DNA of 20,000 bases. It comes from Rhizaria sp. SCN 62-66. Lineage: Eukaryota. Shown piece by piece: positions 9,101 to 17,964 of the stretch. Position 1 is the stretch's first letter; each line of letters opens with the position of its first letter. The notes beneath the pieces are model-generated. The model saw only the letters and a program-made list of their open reading frames with translations, was not told the origin of the DNA and made no database searches. Where the stretch lies: positions 123,039 through 143,038 of the forward strand of contig MEDY01000017.1 in assembly GCA_001724265.1 (NCBI GenBank). Direction: 5' to 3'. Position numbers and translations under genes: made by a program.

Positions 9101-11106
9101 CTCCGGGCGACGGCGCGGCTGCGTGGGTGCTGTGGACACTGCTCGCGCGCGCGTTTATGCCTGCGCTAGCGCAACTCTCCGCGCCGACACCTGCCTCTGG
9201 TGCCGCCGCGCCTGCGCCACCGCTCGCGCCGCTGGGGTGCCTGCTGCTGCCTGCTGGCCCCGGCCCTGCTGCCGGCGCGGCGCCTGCTGTTGCCACAGCG
9301 GACGCTGCCCTGTGGGCCGCTGCCGGCGCACGCTCGAGCACACCGCTCGCGCCGATGCTTGCGCGCGTGCTCGCGCTGAGTCCCGACGTGCGCGCCGCTC
9401 TGTCCTCCGCCGGTGCGTCCGCGTCCACGTCCGCGCCTGCGCCTGCGCCCGCGCCGGCGACGCTTGTGCGGCTGCTGTTGCGCTGGCTTGCGGCAGCGTT
9501 CTCTGGCCCCGCGGCGTCTGCCGACGCCGCGCCACTTGCACTGGCTGCACTGAGCACGCCCTTGCTTGCGACCACGCCCAGTGACGACGGCGCTGTTGCC
9601 ACCGGTGGCGCGGGCGGTGCACTAGCCTTTTCAGCTGCAGTCGCGGTCACTTCTGCGGCAGCAGCGAACATCACGAGCCGCAATGAGCCCATCACTCAGG
9701 AATTCGATGCTGTTGCGTTGCTTGACGCAGTTCCCGCGGTGCCTGCCACTGCGGCGGCGGCGACGACAACCACTGCGACCTCCGTCGCCGCTGCCGCTGC
9801 TGGCGCGAACGTGGGCGGTGGCTGGCGCCGCATCGCACTGTACGGCGCCACCAACAGCGTTACAGCTGCTGCTGTTGCTGCGGACGCTGCCGCGGTGCCG
9901 AGCGTGTGGGCGCGTGCGATGTACGCCTCACTGCAGCTGCGCGGTGGCGGCATTACGCTGGCGGGCGCTGATACTGACAACGACACCGAGACCGCGACTG
10001 CTGCTGCGGCTGCTACTGAGACGGGCGTTACAGTCACCGGCACCGTGCGGCTTGCACCCCCTGAGCTCGCGGCCGTTTCTGAGCTCGGCGGCTCTGCTGC
10101 TGCGTCTGCTGCCGCCGCGGCTGCCACCAGTGCCCGAGTCAAGCGCGCGCGCACTGTCACTGCCGCTGCCCACGGTCACAGCCTCGCGATGCACGATATG
10201 GAGCATGAGCATGACCATGAGCTGACTCTCGGCCATGACCGACTCACTGCATCCGTCGCGCACACAACTGCCGACGCGAGTGCACGGCGACAAGTCCTGG
10301 GAGCTGGTGGGCTGGGTTCGATCCGCGGTCTGCTCTGCGGCTCCGACTCCGACGATGACTCGGAGAACGACGAAACTCGCGAAAATCGTTACGGTGAGGC
10401 GGAGGATGGGTGGGGCACACTGCGCCAAGCAGCGCCACCGTTCCACTTTGTGGGCTCACTCGCCGCCGGCCCGCAGTCCGCTGCAGCCACTGTTGCCGGC
10501 ACCAGCGGCAATCATCAGCAGCAGCAACAACAGCAACAGCAACGGCGTGTTGGCGGCGGCTTGCTGTGGTCGCTCCTCTGGTCGCGTGCGCACGCTGGCG
10601 CTTTGCTCGCAGCGCTGACCACCGCCGCCACAGAGGCTGATGTCGAGGGTGGGGCTTCAGTCAGTCTCGATGAGACTGCACTGTCCGCTGCCCGTGCCGC
10701 GCTTGAGACTGGTGACACTGCGTCACCTCCGTCTGCGCCGCTCACGGCCATCCTCGCTTACACTGCCGCGAACTGTGCAGCACTGGCGACTGTCGCGGTC
10801 AAGCTCTCTCCGGGCCCTCCAGTCGCGACTACTGTTGGCTCAGCGACAACAGCGCCGCTGCTGACACTGCGCGCACACGTCTCGCTGTCAGTGTCGCCTA
10901 ACAGCGGTTCTAACCGCGACGTTGACGTTGCAGAGCGCGCGGGCCGTGTGCTGCGCGCTGTCGTGTGGCGCGCTCTGGCGACCGCGGGTGAGGCGCTGGA
11001 GCCGGCACCGCGGCGCAGTCTGCTGCTCCGTGCAAGTGTCGGGCCTGCGGCGGTCGAGGCGCTGGGGCTAGACGGCGCTGAGCACAAGGACTGCATTGAT
11101 GTTTAA
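6121..11106 (+). CDS. INTS9: Integrator complex subunit 9-like (inactive metallo-beta-lactamase/beta-CASP family), ~1617 aa; exons 6121..6790 and 6923..11106
   Basis: Exon 1 motifs LLKWGDLKVLFDC, FDLSSIDAIVASSVPAMLGLP...GFNGAVFA, PYTAAAVARALARI and LTPQSSGLGAGAVFWLV parallel recalled INTS9 motifs ([70 protein letters not shown]); no HxHxDH. Splice 6790/6923 (phase 1) joins exon 1 to the long downstream ORF ending TAA. Exon 2 is largely low complexity. Confidence 0.78.
6791..6922 (+). other. Spliceosomal intron (132 nt, phase 1)
   Basis: C|GTACGT ... TTAAC/CTAAA branch-like sequences ... TTTGTTTTTTTTGTTGTTGTGTTAAATATAG|AC; very AT-rich; removal fuses ORFs 6121 and 6910 in frame. Confidence 0.88.
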
Positions 11107-11449
11107 AGTCATTCGCCAAGTTACGATTTTCGTGTATATGAATTGCAATGCTTACACTAGTTATGCTTGATACAAAGAATTTATTCGGTAGAATATCGAT
11201 TTTTGTGGTTTGATATTGTCAGACAGTGAACAAAAGTGCGGTTTGTGTATTGTTTTAAATCGGTCACGGTAACGTGGCCCGAGTTGCATGCTTGTGCTCA
11301 TCAATAAAATATGTGAATAGAGTATGTTTGTGAGTTGTTTTTACTGTAGTATTCTCCTTGTTATACCAAACAACTATTAAATTACCACCAAAAACACCAG
11401 CAGCTGTCTATGACTCTGTAGCTGCGTTTATCGCCACAGTCACTCACAT

Positions 11450-14400
11450 TCAACCACGCGCGTTAGTGTCCGCAGCGGCGACACGCAGCGGGCGGAACGC
11501 GTCGAGCGCTAAGTTAAGCCGCGCCTCAACCTCGGCCACAGCAGCCGACACAGGCGCCGCATCAACAGCGGCAGCGGCCGTCTTGTCGCTGTCACCCGTG
11601 GCCGCGCCAGAGCCAGCGCCAGCGCCAGGCGCAGAGCTAACATCCGAGCTCGAGGCCGAGTCACTGCCGCTGGTGTTCCCAGAGCCCTTGCCATCCTTGC
11701 TCTCACTGCTGCTGCTGCTCGCGTCAGCAGCCGCTGCCTTCTCACCGTCCTCGAGGATGTGCGGCGCGTGGGCCTCCGGCACAGGCTCCGGCGGGAACAC
11801 CTTAACGTAAGTCGGCGTTGCATTGGCGCCGCCGAGCGCGTACGGCGCGCCGAGTGCAACACGGAGCACTTCGTCCAGTGTATCGCAGAAGTAGACGGTC
11901 ACATCGGCGGAGATGTAGCCGGGGAGCTCGGCGAAGTCCTTGAGGTTCGCCAGCGGCGCGATGATGTGCGACACTCCGGCGCGGCGGGCGGCAATCACCT
12001 TCTCTTTGATGCCACCGATGGGGAGGACCTTGCCGGTGAGGGTGATCTCGCCAGTCATGGCCAGGTCGGGGACCAGGGGCCGGCCGAGAGCCTGCGAGAG
12101 CAGACAGCACACGAGTGCGATGCCGGCTGACGGCCCGTCCTTGGGGACCGAGCCCTGGGGGAAGTGGACGTGGATGTGGTGCGACGCGAAGAAGCGCGCC
12201 GACGGGACGGGGAGGTACCACCCCAGAGCCGGGTCCAGAGGCGTTGCGGGGGCGAGCGGCGCGGCGCTATAGGCGGCGGCGTCCTCGAAGTCCTCGCGGT
12301 CAGCCTCGGCGTCCGCGGCGGCTTCAGCGGCGGACTCGGCGGCGGCGCGCGCGGCGGCCTCGGCAGCGGTCTCGGTAGGCTTAGCCGCAACAGCAGCAAC
12401 AGCGTCACTGGCGGACTCAACCTTCGCGTCCTCGGTCGCAGTTGCAGTGGCAGTGGCCGGCTCGGACTCGGCCAGCGCAGTCGCCGCAGCGTCCGCTGCA
12501 TCCGCCGCAGCCACAGCCACCGTCACAGTTGAAGCAGAGGCATGCGCTGCGGGAGCCTTGGAGGTCTTGTCCATGAGCGTCATACGCTTCGACTGGCGCA
12601 ACACAGGCTCGCGCGTGCGCAGCGGCGACAACGGCTGCGTGTCGATGACGGGCACGGCGCGAGCCTCAGCCCCGCGGGTGGCGCGAATCGAGCGCTGCTC
12701 AGCGGCGAGACGACCGAGATAAGTCTTCGCGAGAGTGTAGGCGATGGATGACGACTCCTTCATGACGTCGCCGAGCTGGCCGGTGACGTGCAGAGCGCCG
12801 TTGCCGGGGCCACCGCGGATCTTCGAGGCCTTCTTGGATTTCTTGCTCTTCTTCTTGCTAGCGTCGCCGTTCTCGCCCTTGCTGGAGTCGTCCTCGTCCT
12901 CGTCTTCGTCGACGTCGTCGTCGTTCTCGCCCTCAACGTCCGCGTCGACGACGCCGGCGGAGGTGTCCACGACGGGGGAGTCGGCGCTGGCGATGGTGAT
13001 CACACCGGCGCGCGGGGCACGGACTGCGTCAGACAGCTCAGACTCGAGGTAGAGCACCGCGCCGCCGGAGGACGACCAGGCCAGACCCATGACGACGCCG
13101 ACCGGAGTGCGCGGGTAGAGCCGGTCCGAGGAGTACGCCTGCTGACCGAGGTAGTCGGTCAGGTCGCGAGCGCCGACGACCACCGGCCGTTGAGCGCCCT
13201 TGACGAGCGCAAAGGCGACGCGGCGGTAGACTTTCTCGATCTGCTTCTGGAGGTTGCGGACGCCGGCCTCACGGCAGTACCACTTGATCAGCGCGCGCAC
13301 AGCGCCAGGGGTCAGGCGCGCGTCGCCGGGCGCGATGCCGACCTTGGAGCGGACTGTGGGCTCGAGGTAGTTGGCCGCGATGTGCTCCTTCTCCTGCGTG
13401 ACGTAACCGGAGAGACGGATGACGTCCATGCGGTCGAGCAGAGGGCCGGGGATGGTGTCAAGGGAGTTGGCGGTGCAGAGGAAGAGAACCTTGGAGAGAT
13501 CGAGCGGCACGTCGAGGTAGTGGTCCATGAAACTGCCGTTTTGCTCGGGATCCAGCACTTCAAGCAGCGCGCTCGACGGGTCACCCGTGTTGCCGCCGCG
13601 GCCTAACTTGTCGACTTCGTCGATGAGCACGACAGGGTTGGCGCAGCCCGTCTTCTTCAGGGCTTGGACGAGCTTACCAGGCATCGCGCCGACGTAAGTG
13701 CGGCGGTGGCCCTTGACTTCGGACACGTCGCTCATGCCGCCGACCGAGAAGCGGAAGAACTGGCGACCGAGCGCGCGCGCGATGGACTTGCCGATCGAGG
13801 TTTTGCCGACACCGGGGGGACCAACAAAGAGCATGATCTTGCCTTGGGGCGCGTGTCCGAGCAGCTTTCCGACGGCGACGAACTCCATGATCCGGTCCTT
13901 GATGTCCTCCAGTCCGTAGTGGTCCTCGTTGAGCACGTTCTCAGCGTGCGCGAGGTCGAACACCGGCGGCGAGTGGACTCCCCACGGCAGCGCGGAGATC
14001 CAGTCGAGGTAGTTGCGCGTGAGGTTGAACTCCATGCTCGTCTGCTCAAGCCGCTGCAGCTTCAGCAGCTCGTCGTCAAACACTGTCTGCACCTCAGCAG
14101 GCACGGTCTTGCCGGCCAAACGCTCGCGGAACTTGGCACCCAGCTCGTCTTTATCCTCTTTTTCGAGGCCGAGCTCGCGCTTGATGAGCTTGAGCTGCTC
14201 GTGAAGCAGGTTCTTACGGTGCACCTTCTTCATCGACTCGCCCATCTGACGGCTCAGGTCTTGCTGCATGCGCGACAGCTCGACTTCCTTGCGCAGCAGC
14301 ACGAGCGTGCGCTCAAGCCGGGGCACAACGTCGTACGCCGCGAGGACTTCCTGCAGTTTCCCTGCGTCGGCGGTGGTGAAGGTCGCGCACACGTCAGCCA

Positions 14401-15967
14401 GAGTCGCTGGGTTGGCCCAGTCGACGTTGTTGAGCAGGAAGGAGAGCTGCTCGTGGAAGATGAAGTTGCTCTTGATGCACTCCTTCAGCGTCGCGATAAT
14501 CTCCGTCGAGTACGCGCGGACCGCCTTTTCCTCCTCTTCCAGCTCGGCGGGGTCGCGCAAAGTGCCGTCGCCGCGGTAGCGCCGGTTGGCAGGGGTCGGC
14601 TCGTCGATGTGCTTGATATTCGCGGTCAAATAAGGCTCCTCGCTGCGTGCCCCGAGGATTTCGGCTCGGCGCAGGCCGACAAGAATGACTGAGTACCCGC
14701 CCTTTTCGAGCTTCGAGATGCGGTACACCTGGGCAAAGGTACCCACGCGGTGGACGTCTTGCAGCTTCACAGCGCCCGCGGGCTCCTCGGCCGGAAGCGG
14801 GATCGGCGGCTGGTCCGGCAGCACTGAGTCGAGCCGGGCCTTGGAGCGAGCGAAATCGTCGTCCTGCGCGGCTTTCTTCAAAAAGACACCGACGTACGGC
14901 AAGCCGCGCTTGCGGAGGTCCATGAGAGCGCGCACAAGCTTTTCGTCGCGGATGACCATCGGGTAGTAGAGGCCGGGGAAGAGCGGGCGCGTGGTCGAGG
15001 GGAGCACAATGACGGACGAGAGCTTAGGCGCGTTGACGCCGTGCGGGACCACAGCCTTGCTGTTGCTACCGTTGCCGTTCCCAGTGCCGCTGGTGCTCGA
15101 CCCGCTGCTGCTGGAGCTGCTGCTGCTGGAGCTGGAGCTGGAGCTGGCGGAGGGCGCGGAAGCAATGGGGGTGCCTGAGGAGGTGTGACGGCCGCCGGAG
15201 CCGTCGACCCAGTCCGCACCGTAGCCGCCGGACTCGAGACCGGAGCTTGAAGACGACGATGAGCCAGAGGCGACGTCGCTGTCGGAGCCGGAGCCGGTGC
15301 CGGGGGCGGCTGGGGCGCGGTCGGAGTCGGAGCCAGAGCCGGTGGCAGCGGCTGAGGATGAGGATGAGGACGAAGGGGGAGTGCGGGTGCGGTGGTTGAC
15401 AAACGCAGCGTCGTCGAGCGGGGCGTCGTCGTCACTGTTGTTATTGTTATTGTCGCCGTTGCTACCGGCGCCTGCAGCACTCGAGCCAGAGCCAGAGCTC
15501 GAGCTCGAGCTCGAGCCGGAGCCAGAGGTTGCATCAGAGCCTGATTTGGTCGAGACGGAGCGCGTAGTAAAGTTGCGCGCGGCGGCGCGCGTCCCGAAGA
15601 GACTGTTGCGAGACTCAGATACGTACTCAAAGCCGTCGTCGCGAGGATCGAGGTCGTCGTCAGCGTCGTTGTTGCTGCCACCACCACTGCCGCTGCGGCG
15701 GCCGATGTTGCTGCCGAACGCGCGCGCAGGGGCCGCAGCGGACAGCATGGCCGCAGAGGTCGACGCGCGCGCGGGGCCCATGATGGAGCTGGTGATCGCG
15801 GTCGTGGCCGCTGCCGAAGTAAGCGAGGCTGAGGCGTGAGAACTGGCAGCAACTGACGAGCCAGTGTTTGTCAGGATACAGCGCGCTGCCGTTGCCGAGA
15901 AGGCGCCAACGCCGGCGAGACCGGCGTGGTGGGAGGCCTGTTTGGCCGCGTGAAGGAGTCGGCTCAT
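11450..15967 (-). CDS. LONP1: ATP-dependent Lon protease, mitochondrial type (LONP1/PIM1), ~1505 aa, intronless
   Basis: N-domain RPLFPG and HRVGTFAQV; NLTRNYLDW; DHYGLEDIKDRIMEF; Walker A GPPGVGKTS; Walker B VLIDEVDK; GDPSSALLEVLDPEQN; catalytic PKDGPSAG and GGIKEK. First ATG at 15967 (MSRLLHAAKQ...) starts a basic, Ala/Ser-rich, acid-free presequence-like region. The ORF track start at 16063 is a TTG. Ends TGA. Confidence 0.95.
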   Translation of the reverse strand: MSRLLHAAKQASHHAGLAGVGAFSATAARCILTNTGSSVAASSHASASLTSAAATTAITSSIMGPARASTSAAMLSAAAPARAFGSNIGRRSGSGGGSNNDADDDLDPRDDGFEYVSESRNSLFGTRAAARNFTTRSVSTKSGSDATSGSGSSSSSSSGSGSSAAGAGSNGDNNNNNSDDDAPLDDAAFVNHRTRTPPSSSSSSSAAATGSGSDSDRAPAAPGTGSGSDSDVASGSSSSSSSGLESGGYGADWVDGSGGRHTSSGTPIASAPSASSSSSSSSSSSSSSGSSTSGTGNGNGSNSKAVVPHGVNAPKLSSVIVLPSTTRPLFPGLYYPMVIRDEKLVRALMDLRKRGLPYVGVFLKKAAQDDDFARSKARLDSVLPDQPPIPLPAEEPAGAVKLQDVHRVGTFAQVYRISKLEKGGYSVILVGLRRAEILGARSEEPYLTANIKHIDEPTPANRRYRGDGTLRDPAELEEEEKAVRAYSTEIIATLKECIKSNFIFHEQLSFLLNNVDWANPATLADVCATFTTADAGKLQEVLAAYDVVPRLERTLVLLRKEVELSRMQQDLSRQMGESMKKVHRKNLLHEQLKLIKRELGLEKEDKDELGAKFRERLAGKTVPAEVQTVFDDELLKLQRLEQTSMEFNLTRNYLDWISALPWGVHSPPVFDLAHAENVLNEDHYGLEDIKDRIMEFVAVGKLLGHAPQGKIMLFVGPPGVGKTSIGKSIARALGRQFFRFSVGGMSDVSEVKGHRRTYVGAMPGKLVQALKKTGCANPVVLIDEVDKLGRGGNTGDPSSALLEVLDPEQNGSFMDHYLDVPLDLSKVLFLCTANSLDTIPGPLLDRMDVIRLSGYVTQEKEHIAANYLEPTVRSKVGIAPGDARLTPGAVRALIKWYCREAGVRNLQKQIEKVYRRVAFALVKGAQRPVVVGARDLTDYLGQQAYSSDRLYPRTPVGVVMGLAWSSSGGAVLYLESELSDAVRAPRAGVITIASADSPVVDTSAGVVDADVEGENDDDVDEDEDEDDSSKGENGDASKKKSKKSKKASKIRGGPGNGALHVTGQLGDVMKESSSIAYTLAKTYLGRLAAEQRSIRATRGAEARAVPVIDTQPLSPLRTREPVLRQSKRMTLMDKTSKAPAAHASASTVTVAVAAADAADAAATALAESEPATATATATEDAKVESASDAVAAVAAKPTETAAEAAARAAAESAAEAAADAEADREDFEDAAAYSAAPLAPATPLDPALGWYLPVPSARFFASHHIHVHFPQGSVPKDGPSAGIALVCCLLSQALGRPLVPDLAMTGEITLTGKVLPIGGIKEKVIAARRAGVSHIIAPLANLKDFAELPGYISADVTVYFCDTLDEVLRVALGAPYALGGANATPTYVKVFPPEPVPEAHAPHILEDGEKAAAADASSSSSESKDGKGSGNTSGSDSASSSDVSSAPGAGAGSGAATGDSDKTAAAAVDAAPVSAAVAEVEARLNLALDAFRPLRVAAADTNARG

Positions 15968-16399
15968 GAGACCTTTGTTGTGGAGGCGAGCGGCGAGGTG
16001 GGGTGGAGTGGTGAGCCAGTGGGATCGGTGTTCGAGAAGGGTTTTCAAAAGATCGTGATCCAAAGGGATCTGGCCGTCAGCAAGAAACCCATAATCGGGC
16101 CAGATAAATTACAAAGCATTACCGTTGTATCATGTATCAAATTAGCTATACTACAACGACGGAGGTGGTTGTGACTGTCTTTTTGGAGACTGTCGAACAC
16201 CACAAAATGCAGCGCAGTCATGCTCATTTTTAGGAACCTGTAGCCGACCCGCAGATTGTTTGTGGTGGAACCGTAATTGGCCGTGTATTCGCGGTGATAT
16301 CACAATGTTTAAACAAATCAGCAGGAGTTATTGATGTGAGACTATTTAAAGCAACTTGAAACCGCGATATTGTGTGCACAGGTGGGTGAATAAATCCAC

Positions 16400-17808
16400 T
16401 CATGTGAGCGAGGCCTCCTGCTCCTCAACAGCACCATCCTCATCTTCATCGTTGTTATCGCCCGCAACACGACGCACTTTCCGGCCATCACCATCGCCGT
16501 TCTCCCCGTCGCTCTCACCGTAGTACGCACCCTCGCCGAGGAACCCGTCCCCGTCACCGCCCTCGTAGCCGCCCTCGTCGTCATCCATCGCCTCGGCGTC
16601 GGGATTGGCGCTCGCTGCCTCAGTAAAGGCAGCGTAGGCGGCCTCGAGCTCGCCGGCCGCTGCGTCGGCAGGGAAGATGAACCGCACTTCGGGCGTCGCC
16701 TGCTCGTCTTCGTCGTCCTCGTCGTCGTTATCGTCGCCGTCCTCGTTGTTGTTGCCGTCAGCAGCGTCGTTATCGTTGCTGTTGTTAGTGATGTTGGGAC
16801 CGGTGACGGAGAAACGCATGCGGTCGGCGCGATACGCAGGCTCAGGGGCGTCCAGCACGCAGAACAAATGCGGCTGTAGCGACAAAACGGGTGCACAGTG
16901 TCACAGTTCAGGCGAGGCAAGCAAGGATAAACATGACGAGTAGAGAGAAAAAGTGAGTATTCGAGATAGTGTTGAGAAACCTTTCACTTTGATTAACTCG
17001 ATAACACAAAAACGCGACATCAAAGCAGTACATATGCCTTGCAATACAAGAAATACGCACAAATAAGTCAAGAATCGATGAAATATTGCGTGTTTGGCGG
17101 CGACATATTGTTGAGGGTTGTTTCATACCTTGTCGATGCCCTCGGCGGGGCCGGCGAGCGCGTGGAGCGCAACCCGGGGCCACGCCTCCCACAGAGCGGG
17201 CGCTGCGGCAGTTGAGGAGTCGTCCTCGGTGGCCGCCGCGTCGGGGGTCCAGGAGAGCGCACTGCGAAGAGGCGCAGTGAGCAGAGTGAAACGCAAAGGG
17301 AAGAGAGACAAAGGGAACGAGTCAGTGAGCTTGTGGATAGTATGACAATCATGGCGTGTCATAGCAGAGCAGCTAGAATAGATAAACAGACATAGAACAA
17401 AGAGTCGACATGGCTATGGAAGCCGATTACGTCCACGACAGGTGACATTGATATCATAACAGCAAGATTTGTTTTCGCGCACGTACGCAGTGGTGACGAT
17501 GAGCGTGCCCACGCCAGAGAGCGCGGGCGCGGAGCCAGCGGACTGAATGCAGGTCACGCCCGCCCGCTCGAACAGTACGGTAGGCTCTGTTCAGTTACAA
17601 TCGTTGATATGGAGAACGACGAGGGTCAGTGCACATTGTCGAAGTTGATGGCGAGGAAGGACACAAGAACGAGCTCAAATGTGAGATCAGAGCATTGGAA
17701 AACAAACAATTACAGAATAAGTGCCACATTGCAGCACACGACAAGACGATGTAGGCAGTTGATTTGGTTATAGAAGGAGTGGAACGAACCTTGCGCAGAA
17801 AACTGCAT
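16400..17808 (-). CDS. CLNS1A: pICln / methylosome subunit (Sm assembly chaperone), 241 aa; exons 17808..17790, 17586..17487, 17261..17129, 16873..16400
   Basis: Spliced product MQFSAQEPTVLFERAGVTCIQ...GVGTLIVTTAALSWTP...WPRVALHALAGPAEGIDKPHLFCVLD...acidic...PEVRFIFP..ELEAAYAAFTEAASANPD..acidic matches the pICln pattern (GTLYI...LSW; ISLHA; PC/HLY.; E.RFVP; L.AMF.AM.EC..LHPD). Three GT-AG introns with consistent phases 1, 2, 0. The 19-nt first exon is the least certain part. Confidence 0.85.
16874..17128 (-). other. pICln intron 3 (255 nt, phase 0)
   Basis: AAG|GTATGA ... CCGTTTTGTCGCTACAG|CCG; joins GIDK to PHLFC. Confidence 0.85.
17262..17486 (-). other. pICln intron 2 (225 nt, phase 2)
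   Basis: GC|GTACGT ... CTCACTGAC ... long pyrimidine tract ... CTCTTCGCAG|T; joins GTLIVTT to AALSW. Confidence 0.85.
17587..17789 (-). other. pICln intron 1 (203 nt, phase 1)
   Basis: CAAG|GTTCGT ... CACTGAC ... GTAACTGAACAG|AG; joins MQFSAQ to EPTVLF in frame. Confidence 0.65.
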
Positions 17809-17964
17809 CAAATCTGGAGAGGGCAAGACACAGGAAACAAAGTTGGGATAGTGAGTGACTACGGAAGTTTAGAAATGTATAATTAGAATATAATATAGAA
17901 AACACGAGTTTACTATTCTCACACAAAACTCTGTCTCTATCAACGGACTCCCCATAGATATTCA

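Noticed and set aside
8307..9695. 462 aa minus-strand ORF inside the INTS9-like gene
   Set aside because: Mirror frame of GC-rich Ala/Pro codons; stops are expected to be rare; no independent signals.
12788..14692. Long plus-strand ORFs (272 and 342 aa) opposite Lon
   Set aside because: Typical antisense frames produced by high GC3 codon bias in a conserved gene.
15968..16063. N-terminal Lon extension from TTG 16063
   Set aside because: Non-ATG start in a eukaryote; ATG 15967 gives a plausible mitochondrial presequence.
6121..17808. Functional cluster of snRNP biogenesis genes (INTS9 and pICln)
   Set aside because: Only two genes, on opposite strands and separated by Lon; consistent with chance.
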